Below are positions 34,420-42,912 of a DNA stretch of 64,000 nt, piece by piece (the first letter of the stretch is position 1; every line of letters starts with the position of its first letter). The stretch is from an uncultured Acidimicrobiales bacterium (GTDB taxonomy: Bacteria; Actinomycetota; Acidimicrobiia; Acidimicrobiales; SZUA-35). Below the pieces are notes generated by a model. It did not search any database. It saw only the letters and a program-made list of their open reading frames with translations, and was not told the origin of the DNA. The position numbers were made by a program, and so were the translations under genes. Where the stretch lies: contig CALAJQ010000009.1 of assembly GCA_937922785.1 (NCBI GenBank), positions 10,958 to 74,957 on the forward strand, written 5' to 3'.

Positions 34420-36138
34420 ATGAGCAGTCGAAATCGCGCAGTTATCTATCTCCGAGTTTCGACTAAGCAGCAGGTGATGACCGGCATGAGTGATGATGGT
34501 CTGTCGATTAGCGCTCAAGAAGATATCTGTCGAGCGAAAGCCGAACAGCTGGGTGCCGATGTCGTAGGGATCTATAAAGACAAAGGTGAGACTGCAAGGA
34601 AGCGAGCAGGTCGAGACGAGCTTGCCCGCATGTTCGCCGATATCGAGACTGACAACGTTGACTTCGTGATCGTGTACAAGCTCGACCGATTTGCTCGCAA
34701 CACACAAGACGACTCCAAGATGTCGGACGAGATTGCAGCAACGGGCGCACGCCTCATATCGGTCAGCGAGGACTTCGACGATTCAACACCACAAGGCTGG
34801 TTCACACACCGGATGTTCGCTGTCTTCGCTGAGTTCGAATCCAAACAAAGCGGCCAACGAATCTCTATGGGGATGGCGCAGAAAGCCAAACTTGGAGGCA
34901 CGACACACATTCCTCCCGCTGGCTACCTCAATGCACGAGATCGTCCGAGCGGCAGCGGTGCACGAGGAATAGCCAAAATTATTGTCGATGAGGAGCGGGC
35001 ACCGCACGTTCGTTGGGCGTTCGATGCGTATGCAACAGGCGAGTGGTCGATCCGTAGCCTTACCGAAGAGTTGGAGCAGCGAGGGCTTCGATCCCGACCG
35101 AGTCGCAAGTCGTTGCCGACACCGCTGCGAATCGGGCAAGTTCAGAAGATGCTCCGGGACCGGTACTACATCGGGTACGTCAAGTTCAAGGACGAAGAAT
35201 ATCCCGGCACGCACCCGAAGCTGATCGATGTCAACGTCTTCATGCAAGTTCAAGACTTACTTACAGCTCGGCGTAAGTCGAGTACGAGGTACCGGACTCA
35301 CGATCCGTATCTCAAGGGATCAATCTTCTGCAAAAAATGTGAAGGCCGCTTCTACTTTCGACGCACAACCAATCGACACGGCACGGCCTACGAATACTTC
35401 ATTTGCAGAGGCCGCAACAACGACAGGTCGTGTGCTACTCCTCACCTCTCAGTTGAAGAGGTTGAAGCAAAGGTCGAAGATGAGTACCGCACGGTTTGGC
35501 TAGATGCTGAGAAAACTGCTCGCCTTCGCTCTGTACTTCGAGCGGCCGTAGAGAAACATGACGGAGAACGAGAAGCTGTCGGTGCAGCGCAAGAGCTGCG
35601 CCTCAAGAGGTTACTCAACGAAGAGAAGAAGAACGCTGCCGCATACCACGCCGATGCGATGAGTTTGGAAGTGCTGCGAGAAGAGAAGAATCGAATATCA
35701 GGTGAACGCTTAGATGCAAAGGCTGTGATCGAGCGATCAGCAATTCGATACGCCGAAATCGAAGATGTTGTGTTGCAAGCGCTCGACCTGGCTGACAACT
35801 GGCAGCGGACCTACCTAAGCGCTACTCCCAAGGTTAGACGGGCGCTGAACCAGGTGTTCTTCAAGCGAATCCTTCTCGATGAGAGTGGCGATGCGGAGCG
35901 CGAACTAACTGATCAATATAAAGCACTCATTGATCTTGACGATGCTGTCGATCAAGCCGAACGGGCAAGCATGGCGTCGACTAAGTCATTCAATCGCACG
36001 CCTATCGACGTGGTCTGGAACGAAAAGAACCCCGAGTCTGCTATTGCAGCACGGGGTTCTCATAAGATTTCTCTGGTACACCCCCCGGGACTTGAACCCG
36101 GAACCTGCGGATTAAGAGTCCGTTGCTCTGCCAATTGA
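34420..36138 (+). CDS. Large serine recombinase
   Basis: Resolvase catalytic domain (RAVIYLRVSTKQQ...YKLDRFARN), a recombinase domain, a Zn-ribbon (CKKCEGRFYF...YEYFICRGRNNDRSC) and a coiled-coil. The ATG immediately follows the ImmA stop. The last 20 codons (VHPPGLEPGTCGLRVRCSAN) are antisense tRNA-Lys/att sequence. Confidence 0.9.
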   Translation: MSSRNRAVIYLRVSTKQQVMTGMSDDGLSISAQEDICRAKAEQLGADVVGIYKDKGETARKRAGRDELARMFADIETDNVDFVIVYKLDRFARNTQDDSKMSDEIAATGARLISVSEDFDDSTPQGWFTHRMFAVFAEFESKQSGQRISMGMAQKAKLGGTTHIPPAGYLNARDRPSGSGARGIAKIIVDEERAPHVRWAFDAYATGEWSIRSLTEELEQRGLRSRPSRKSLPTPLRIGQVQKMLRDRYYIGYVKFKDEEYPGTHPKLIDVNVFMQVQDLLTARRKSSTRYRTHDPYLKGSIFCKKCEGRFYFRRTTNRHGTAYEYFICRGRNNDRSCATPHLSVEEVEAKVEDEYRTVWLDAEKTARLRSVLRAAVEKHDGEREAVGAAQELRLKRLLNEEKKNAAAYHADAMSLEVLREEKNRISGERLDAKAVIERSAIRYAEIEDVVLQALDLADNWQRTYLSATPKVRRALNQVFFKRILLDESGDAERELTDQYKALIDLDDAVDQAERASMASTKSFNRTPIDVVWNEKNPESAIAARGSHKISLVHPPGLEPGTCGLRVRCSAN

Positions 36139-36149
36139 GCTAGAGGTGC
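36074..36149 (-). tRNA. tRNA-Lys (anticodon CTT), CCA encoded
   Basis: Minus strand: GCACCTC-TA-GCTC-AATTGGCA-GAGC-A-ACGGA-CTCTTAA-TCCGC-AGGTT-CCGGG-TTCAAGT-CCCGG-GGGGTGT-A-CCA. The cloverleaf folds with G:U pairs in the acceptor stem and one A:C at 27:43. Confidence 0.9.
36076..36118. repeat. Proximal att repeat (within tRNA-Lys)
   Basis: 43/43 identical to 4988..5030. Confidence 0.9.
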
Positions 36150-36223
36150 TTGTATTAACCATTTGAGGCTAGCGGCACCAACCACCTAACCCATCCGGTC
36201 AAGAATATTCAGTTACTGAGATT

Positions 36224-36302
36224 TGGGGTGACCGAGGGGATTCGAACCCCCGGCATCCAGGATCACAACCTGGCGCTCTAACCTAACTGAGCTACGGCCA
36301 CC
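36224..36302 (-). tRNA. tRNA-His (anticodon GTG) with encoded G-1 and CCA
   Basis: Minus strand: G-GTGGCCG-TA-GCTC-AGTTAGGTTA-GAGC-G-CCAGG-TTGTGAT-CCTGG-ATGC(C)-GGGGG-TTCGAAT-CCCCT-CGGTCAC-C-CCA. Confidence 0.9.
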
Positions 36303-36497
36303 ATGTGCTCCACGATCGTATCGTCACCGCCGCCCAAAGGCGAGACAATTTCACCTCAGATATCTCGGCGTTCGCAACGTCTGATGCTCGTCCAACCCTT
36401 GCTGGTACCAGTCCCAGATCGAAGGATCTAGAGACCATCAACAAGCTTTTTGGTGCATATGTCCCGACACCGACCAGGGTGTGGCTAATATTTTTAT

Positions 36498-37178
36498 GTG
36501 TCCTCTGTATTAGTCATTCATGAGGAGCCCGGATTCGCCGCCAGGGTCACACAATTACTTGAGTCTGAAAGTTTGAAAGTAACCGTGTGTTCTTTGGGGC
36601 GAGATGGTCTCGCTCAGTTTTGTATCGAAAAAGTTGATCTAGTCATTGCAGGCGCGTGCCTCGATGACATGGCTGGCCTCGAGCTCTGCCGACAGATCCG
36701 TTCATGCGCCGATACGCCGATACTGCTGGTCTCGCGGCTTCACGACGAAGAGCTAGTCATCAACGGGTTGGACCTTGGGGTTAATGACTTTGCTGCCGAA
36801 ACCGTTAGCGATCGCGAACTCGTAGCCAGAGTCAAGGCCCTGGGTCGGCGGCAGCAGGAATCGCAAAGCAAGGGCCCGCTACCAACAATCGAAGGGTTCA
36901 AGATTGACCGGCGCGCCCGAACAGTCAAGGATCCCGAGGGCTGCCTGGTTGAGCTGACCAACCTCGAGTTTGATCTGCTGGTCCTCTTTGTGGCCAATCC
37001 CGGTGTCGCACTTGAACGAGAGTTCATCTTCAACCGGGTCTGGGGTCAACGTGGCCTGGGTTCAAGCAGAACCATCGATACTCACGTGGTCACCTTGCGG
37101 AACAAGATCGTGGGCCTCAAGGTGAAAAGCGTTCACGGGATTGGCTACCGCCTGGATCCCATCCAGCTGGCCGCCTAA
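36498..37178 (+). CDS. OmpR/PhoB-family response regulator with a degenerate receiver (atypical, orphan)
   Basis: The winged-helix C-terminus is intact (LTNLEFDLLVLFVANPGVALEREFIFNRVWG...RTIDTHVVTLRNKI...GIGYRL). In the receiver, VLVIHEE replaces the DD pocket, DLVIAGACL has Gly at the phospho-acceptor position, and FAAETV lacks the conserved Lys. No kinase gene is adjacent. Confidence 0.8.
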   Translation: MSSVLVIHEEPGFAARVTQLLESESLKVTVCSLGRDGLAQFCIEKVDLVIAGACLDDMAGLELCRQIRSCADTPILLVSRLHDEELVINGLDLGVNDFAAETVSDRELVARVKALGRRQQESQSKGPLPTIEGFKIDRRARTVKDPEGCLVELTNLEFDLLVLFVANPGVALEREFIFNRVWGQRGLGSSRTIDTHVVTLRNKIVGLKVKSVHGIGYRLDPIQLAA

Positions 37179-37284
37179 ATCGCGCAACGAAAACAGATCG
37201 TGTCCCGAAATAGACCAACGGCCCCCAAACTGGGGCCTAAGCTCTTACACAGACATGGCCGTTGTTAGCAACGTTCATCGAGCA

Positions 37285-37358
<74 letters not shown>

Positions 37359-37432
37359 CTGCAGCTCAGCGCCGAATAGGCAGACCTCCTCTGCGCCCGG
37401 ACTGCTTCGGTGCTGCTCATTAGGGTCGGGCC

Positions 37433-38323
37433 ATGGCGGAATTACCTTGGTATCAGCGCAAGAAGTGGGTCGTTAGCGCAGGGTTGGTCTGCGGAGTCGG
37501 ACTCGGTCTTTTCATGCTTGAACCCATCGTTGATGACTTCGTGCCCATCTTGCAAAGCGAAAGTGCTTCCGAATCAGAACCTGAAGATCCCCAGCCGGCA
37601 GAGCCCGGGGCCACTAGCGCTGACGAAGCGGATGCCTCTGACGCCACCGAACCAGAAGAAGCAGGGACCGACCCAGACTCGACCGATGAAGACGCTAACG
37701 GCGACGGGCCAGAACCGGGGCCCGAGTCTGGCGATGCCTATGAATTGGTAATACTTGGCACCGAAGACGTGTCCGAGGACGGCACTGCGCTAACGGCCAT
37801 AAGCGCAGAGCTGAACATTTACCCGGTGGACAAAGCCAAACTGCGCAACGCGCTGGATGGGGAATTGGAACAGTTCCGCGGCGAAGCAAACGCGGTTTCC
37901 ATCAAGGTTTTTTATGACCGTCGAGAGGGTGGCCCCGCTGCGTTCGGAGTGTGGACCTGGGCCCCAGAAGGTGACTGGACAAAGGCCGAAGACGGTGACC
38001 CTGAAACTTGGGACGGGTACCAATGGGGCGAGCCCGAAATTCAAAAGCTTGATTCCCCAGAATCCTGCACGCCTCCAACCGAAGCCGAACTCGACCTGGC
38101 CGGCGCATACTACGGGCGCCAAATCTCAGAGCCTCCAGGCCCCGAGCCCGAGCCGGAACCTGAGGCAGGCGATGCAGAACCCGATGCCGAGCCAGAAGGC
38201 GGCGAGCCCGAAGCCGGCGAAGGTGAGGCTGATCTGATGGACGAGGTGGCCGAGGAAGCTGGCACCACTGTGGAGCAATTGACCGAAGCCCTAGATGCGA
38301 CTTCGAGATGGACGAGCTGCTGA
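37433..38323 (+). CDS. Membrane-anchored, highly acidic hypothetical protein
   Basis: One N-terminal TM helix (WVVSAGLVCGVGLGLFML), followed by D/E/P-rich low-complexity tracts (PEPEPEPEAGDAEPDAEPEGGEPEAGEGE). Confidence 0.55.
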   Translation: MAELPWYQRKKWVVSAGLVCGVGLGLFMLEPIVDDFVPILQSESASESEPEDPQPAEPGATSADEADASDATEPEEAGTDPDSTDEDANGDGPEPGPESGDAYELVILGTEDVSEDGTALTAISAELNIYPVDKAKLRNALDGELEQFRGEANAVSIKVFYDRREGGPAAFGVWTWAPEGDWTKAEDGDPETWDGYQWGEPEIQKLDSPESCTPPTEAELDLAGAYYGRQISEPPGPEPEPEPEAGDAEPDAEPEGGEPEAGEGEADLMDEVAEEAGTTVEQLTEALDATSRWTSC

Positions 38324-38590
38324 TTCTCAAGTGCTAGGGGCGGGCTCAACTTGGCTGGTCTGTATGTCAGTCGTCGTCATATTTCACTTGCGTTGCGGTC
38401 CAAAGCGAGTGCTGACTCATTTGTGCCACCGATGGTTCTGACAAAATGAATATTCCGCTTTAACAGTGGCATCGGACACAGTGCACTCGGCTGACCAGGC
38501 CCAACGCTGTCGGTGAGAATTTGTTTCGTCACGCTGGGTGAAATCGCCCAGGGTTAACGGAAATGCAACATAGCTAGGGTCCGGCCCGTT

Positions 38591-39427
38591 ATGAAACGAA
38601 AAACCGCTACCCGGGTGCTTGCTTTTGCAGCAACAACGGCAACACTTGCCGGACTTGGCTCACCACTGTCAGTGGCCGCCGAGAGTTCTGACACGAGCTA
38701 TGAGGTCGCAGCCGAAGTGGCTGTACCCGAACTGGAACTTGCTGATGTTGTGGTGCCAGCGCCTGCTGCCACCGCAACTGACCAAGTTACCCAGAACCAC
38801 CTCGACCAGATCACTCGCCTCTACCTCACAACCCTGGGCCGAACCCCTGATGCTGCAGGCCAGCAATACTGGGCCGAGCTCTTAGTTAACGGTCACACTC
38901 GAATCGCCGTGATCCGCTACATGCTTGAGACCACCGAAGCCCAAGAAGCCTCCAGCGGAGATCTTGTGGTTGACGCCTACCGCAACGCATTAGGCCGAAC
39001 CCCAGACGACGCCGGTTACGCCTTCTGGGAGCAGTACGACACAGTGGCTGCAGTAGCCGCCATCTCAGACTCCGCCGAACACATCGCAGCAACACGAACG
39101 CTGCCTCCACCAAAACCTCAGATCCGTTCCTTCGCTGGCAAGGCCGGCTGGGTTGACGCCGGGCATGGGGTGTTTGTTCCACCAATCATGTTGGAAGTTC
39201 GCCGTTGTGAATCAACTCACAACTACACCGCGGCAAACAAGCGCAGCTCGGCTCGGGGCGCCTACCAGTTCCTAACAGGATCTTGGGAGTGGTACGGCCA
39301 CGCTGCTCGCTATGACGCCCCCCAAGCCCACCTCGCAACTCCTGCTCAACAGGACGAGGCGGCCGCTCTCACTTGGCTGGCCGACGGCACAAGGCCTTGG
39401 AACGCATCACGCCACTGTTGGGGCTAA
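38591..39427 (+). CDS. Secreted protein with two DUF4214-like repeats and a C-terminal transglycosylase-like (Rpf-type) domain
   Basis: Signal peptide (KTATRVLAFAATTATLAGLGSPLSVAAES). DUF4214-like ITRLYLTTLGRTPDAAGQQYWAELL and VVDAYRNALGRTPDDAGYAFWEQ. C-terminus RRCESTHNYTAANKRSSARGAYQFLTGSWEWYGH...ATPAQQDEAA. Confidence 0.7.
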   Translation: MKRKTATRVLAFAATTATLAGLGSPLSVAAESSDTSYEVAAEVAVPELELADVVVPAPAATATDQVTQNHLDQITRLYLTTLGRTPDAAGQQYWAELLVNGHTRIAVIRYMLETTEAQEASSGDLVVDAYRNALGRTPDDAGYAFWEQYDTVAAVAAISDSAEHIAATRTLPPPKPQIRSFAGKAGWVDAGHGVFVPPIMLEVRRCESTHNYTAANKRSSARGAYQFLTGSWEWYGHAARYDAPQAHLATPAQQDEAAALTWLADGTRPWNASRHCWG

Positions 39428-40560
39428 GTCTTTGCCGGTGGGGGTTCCCTCGGAAGCCCTAACAGTCGTTCAGCAATGAGGTTCTTCTGGATCTCACTGG
39501 TTCCACCGGCCACCCTCATGCCCGGTGCATAAAGAAACGACTCGATTGTTTCGGGGTTCCCGCCGGCGACTGCCGCTGCGCCCATCAGATCCAGCTCGGT
39601 GTTAGTTCGCATGGCTGCAAACTCGGTGACACTCAGTTTGGCAAGCGGCCCAAGCGTTGGGTCACCGGCGCTTCGGTCAAGCAGGTGACGGGTTGCCGAC
39701 GCACTTGTTCGCGCCTGTAAAACGCGTGCCCGTTCTGTTGGCGAAGTGCGGGCGTTAACTTTGTCAACCAGCCTTTGTGTGCGCTTCTCTAAACCGATCC
39801 CGGCTGCTCCAACTTCAGCTCGCTCGTCAGCAAGAACCGAAACAGCCACCGACCATCCGCCGTGCAGCGGGCCAAGCAGATCAGCTTGGGCAACGTGGGC
39901 GCCATCGAAGAACACCTCGCAAAATTCGTGATCGCCAGTCATTTGTTTTAACGGGCGCACATCAACACCACGCCCGCTCATGTCAAACAAGAAGAATGAG
40001 ATACCCCGGTGCTTGGACTCGGTCGGGCTGGTTCGGGCCAGCAAAATTCCGTAGTCGGCCATTTGGGCGTTGGAAGACCAGATCTTCTGGCCCGTGATCG
40101 TCCAGCCGTCAGTGGTTTGGGTGGCTTGAGTTCGAAGGCTGGCAAGGTCAGAACCGCTCTCGGGCTCGCTGAACAACTGGCACCAGAGTTTGGTGCCTGC
40201 CGCAATCGCAGGTAGGTAGCGACGCTTCTGCTCGTCAGTTCCGAAGCGCAGCAGTGCACCGCCAGTCAGCGCCGAACCCTGAAAGTTGAAATAGGGGGCA
40301 ATCTCGCGCCGGGCACACTCTTCAATCCAAGCCCGCCGGAATTCGGGCCCGAGACCCTGGCCGCCGAATTCGGTTGGCCATGACACTTGAGCGAAGCCGT
40401 TCGCAAACATGTGTTGGTGCCATGCCTTTGCCCGGTCATGCAGGCGAGGCGGCATGATCGAACCGAAACCCGGGCAGGCCACACCTGCCTCGCTTGAACG
40501 GTTCAGGAACTGGATTGCGTTGGCGCGGAACTCTTCAAGTGATATCCCTCCAGAAACCAT
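39424..40560 (-). CDS. Acyl-CoA dehydrogenase family protein
   Basis: 378 aa. Contains WCQLFSEPESGSDLASL, GQKIWSSNAQMADYGILLART, and a C-terminal VAGGTSEIQKNLIAERLLGLPRE typical of ACADs. Confidence 0.85.
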   Translation of the reverse strand: MVSGGISLEEFRANAIQFLNRSSEAGVACPGFGSIMPPRLHDRAKAWHQHMFANGFAQVSWPTEFGGQGLGPEFRRAWIEECARREIAPYFNFQGSALTGGALLRFGTDEQKRRYLPAIAAGTKLWCQLFSEPESGSDLASLRTQATQTTDGWTITGQKIWSSNAQMADYGILLARTSPTESKHRGISFFLFDMSGRGVDVRPLKQMTGDHEFCEVFFDGAHVAQADLLGPLHGGWSVAVSVLADERAEVGAAGIGLEKRTQRLVDKVNARTSPTERARVLQARTSASATRHLLDRSAGDPTLGPLAKLSVTEFAAMRTNTELDLMGAAAVAGGNPETIESFLYAPGMRVAGGTSEIQKNLIAERLLGLPREPPPAKT

Positions 40561-40639
40561 TGATTGACTCTAGCTCTGGCCTCGCTGCCAACGCCAAGCT
40601 CTGGTGAATGGCTTCAGATGCCAATAGGATCGTCCTGTT

Positions 40640-41305
40640 ATGTCCCGATCGGTGTTGGTCTTTTGTGGTGGCGACGCGCCAAGTAGAAGCACGATGGCCA
40701 AGCTGGGAACACACGACCTTGTAGTCGCCGCCGATTCGGGAATCGATCACGCGTTGGCTGCTGAGATATCTGTAGACATCGCCGTCGGCGACTTTGACTC
40801 AGTGTCACAAGCCGGCCTCAACAAGGTCACCAACGGCGGCGCGAAAATAGTTAAGCACCGACCCGACAAAGACGAGACCGACTTCGAGCTTGCGCTAGAC
40901 CAAGCGATCGAAGCGGGCGCCACTTCCATAACGGTTGTTGGCAGCGAAGGTGGCCGGCTAGATCATCAGTACGCCAACTTGTTGGCAATGGCTCACTCGC
41001 GTCTAAGCGGCTGCACGGTGCGTTCGGTTACTGACCAACACAACGTCACCGTCATTCACAACTCAGTAACGCTTGAGGCCGAGCCAGGCTCACTTCTTAG
41101 TTTGTTGCCAGTCGGCGGCGCAGTAACTGGAGTAGTCACTGAAGGACTCAGCTACCCGCTTGAGGGCGAAACCCTGCCCGCTGCCAGCTGTCGGGGAATC
41201 TCCAATACCTTTAGTGACCCTGTGGCCACCATCACGATCACTTCCGGAGTTCTGCTTGCGTTCGCAGTAAACGAAGCGCCCGAGATAACCGAGACCGGGC
41301 GATGA
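40640..41305 (+). CDS. Thiamine pyrophosphokinase
   Basis: VLVFCGGD...VVAADSGIDHAL...DIAVGDFDSV...KDETDFELAL...ITVVGSEGGRLDHQYANLL, followed by a beta-rich thiamine-binding C-domain. Confidence 0.75.
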   Translation: MSRSVLVFCGGDAPSRSTMAKLGTHDLVVAADSGIDHALAAEISVDIAVGDFDSVSQAGLNKVTNGGAKIVKHRPDKDETDFELALDQAIEAGATSITVVGSEGGRLDHQYANLLAMAHSRLSGCTVRSVTDQHNVTVIHNSVTLEAEPGSLLSLLPVGGAVTGVVTEGLSYPLEGETLPAASCRGISNTFSDPVATITITSGVLLAFAVNEAPEITETGR

Positions 41306-42807
41306 CGGAGGTGACTACAGAGGCGGCTACAGAGGTTCAAGAACCGAAGCAACGAAAACCGCGCAGGTCTTGGTTTCAGCGCTCGGTTCTGTTTGTCAAT
41401 GTTGTAGTGATCATCGCTGCGCTCGCTGCGGCATGGCTGCTGAACGAAAGCTATGGCAAGGTCTCGGAGATCACTCGAGTTCAGCTTGAGGGCGCCCTCA
41501 GCCCGATACCCGAACCCTCAGCACCGGGCCAACGCATCGTTAACGTCTTGCTTGTTGGCTCTGACTCGTCCGAAGGGCTTGACCCCAATGACCCCATCCA
41601 AACTGGTCGCCTCGGCGAGCGAAACGGCGACGTCATAATCATCGCCCACCTGAACGAAGGGGAAGGAACCGCGGCGCTGTTGTCGCTGCCCCGAGACCTA
41701 TGGGTGCCAATCGCAGGCACCGAACGTGAGGCCCGAATCAACGCGGCCTTTGCCGTGGGCGGAGCGGCAACTCTGATTGAGACGATCGAGATGAACTTCG
41801 GCATCCCAATCAACCACTACGTCAACGTCGACTTCGCCGGGTTCCAGGGCGTGGTGGAAGCGGTCGGGTCGGTTGAAGTCTTCTTTCCCGAACCTGCTCG
41901 TGACTGGAACGCCACCTACAACCGCTCCCAAACCGGGTTTCTTATGGAAACTCCGGGCTGTCAGGCGCTTGAACCCGCAGAGGCCCTTGCCTACGTCCGG
42001 TCCCGCTACTACCAAACTCAGGCGGCTGATGGCACTTGGGTTGTGGACAATCAGGGTGACCTCGGCCGGATTCGTCGTCAGCAGGACTTCCTTCAGCGAC
42101 TAGGTCAAACTGCGGTCGATGACGGAGCCCGAAACCCCTTCGTCCTGAACTCGCTAGTGAACTCCATGGTCTCCAACGTTGCCTTAGACCAAGAACTCAC
42201 TCCGCAGTTTCTGTTGGACTTGGCTCAGCGGTTCCGCAACTTTGAACCGGGGGAGTTGCAGACCTACAGCTATCCGGCAGATCTGGGTTGGGCCGGAACC
42301 AATTCGGTTCTGTTCGGAAGGCCCGATGACGCTGCCCCCTTGGTCGCATTGTTTAACGGCGCCTCAATGATGGACCCGTCGACTATTGGCGTTTCGGTGG
42401 TGTTTGCTCCTGGCGCCGAGGACCAAGCTAATGAGATTGCCGAAGCGTTGGCCTCGGCCGACTTCGAGCCCGGCATCCCATCTCCTGTTCCACTTGAACC
42501 TCGTGTGGTGTTGCGTCACGGCCCAGATGGGGCCCAGGCGGCATCTGTTGTGGCACAAGTCATAGGCGACGGCGTGGGCATAGAACAGGTAGCCGGTTTG
42601 CAGGGCCGAGACGTAGTAATAGCAGTAGGAAACCCGCTTGAAACCGTCATCGGAGACAAGGCCGAAGTTGCCGATCCTCCCAGCTCAACACCTACCACTG
42701 GGCCAAATGACTCATCCACCCCGACCACTTCTCCGTCAGTAATTGTTGAAGAATCCGTTGGCGGCGCCGATGGAAACGGTGACCAAATAGTTAAGAGCAG
42801 CTGTTAG
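41302..42807 (+). CDS. LytR-CpsA-Psr (LCP) family cell-wall glycopolymer ligase
   Basis: N-terminal TM helix. LCP core NVLLVGSDS...GDVIIIAHLN...LLSLPRDLWVPIAG...RINAAFAVGG...TIEMNFGIPINHYVNVDFAGFQGVVEAVG. LytR_C-like tail. Confidence 0.85.
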   Translation: MTEVTTEAATEVQEPKQRKPRRSWFQRSVLFVNVVVIIAALAAAWLLNESYGKVSEITRVQLEGALSPIPEPSAPGQRIVNVLLVGSDSSEGLDPNDPIQTGRLGERNGDVIIIAHLNEGEGTAALLSLPRDLWVPIAGTEREARINAAFAVGGAATLIETIEMNFGIPINHYVNVDFAGFQGVVEAVGSVEVFFPEPARDWNATYNRSQTGFLMETPGCQALEPAEALAYVRSRYYQTQAADGTWVVDNQGDLGRIRRQQDFLQRLGQTAVDDGARNPFVLNSLVNSMVSNVALDQELTPQFLLDLAQRFRNFEPGELQTYSYPADLGWAGTNSVLFGRPDDAAPLVALFNGASMMDPSTIGVSVVFAPGAEDQANEIAEALASADFEPGIPSPVPLEPRVVLRHGPDGAQAASVVAQVIGDGVGIEQVAGLQGRDVVIAVGNPLETVIGDKAEVADPPSSTPTTGPNDSSTPTTSPSVIVEESVGGADGNGDQIVKSSC

Positions 42808-42912
42808 TAGGTCTATCGGTACCAAGTGAGAGCCATTTGGCCCTCACTTCCGATTGATCCAACCGTTTACTCTTTTACTGAACAGAAATTCGAATTTGAG
42901 GCGAGGATTCCA

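Larger units (their letters stand above)
4988..36118. mobile_element. Integrative (mobilisable/conjugative-like) genomic island inserted in tRNA-Lys(CTT)
   Basis: Bounded by the 43-bp direct repeats. It contains a recombinase, an XRE/ImmA regulatory pair, a TraD-like ATPase, a replication-relaxation protein, ArdA, and toxin/defence cargo. The intact tRNA sits at the right end only. Confidence 0.8.

Noticed and set aside
37695-38349. Several long ORFs on both strands over the acidic protein gene (37790..38122 -, 37857..38237 +, 37902..38330 -, 38110..38349 -)
   Set aside because: They are shadows of a GA/GC-rich low-complexity coding region. Only the 37433..38323 frame has an N-terminal TM helix and a coherent start.
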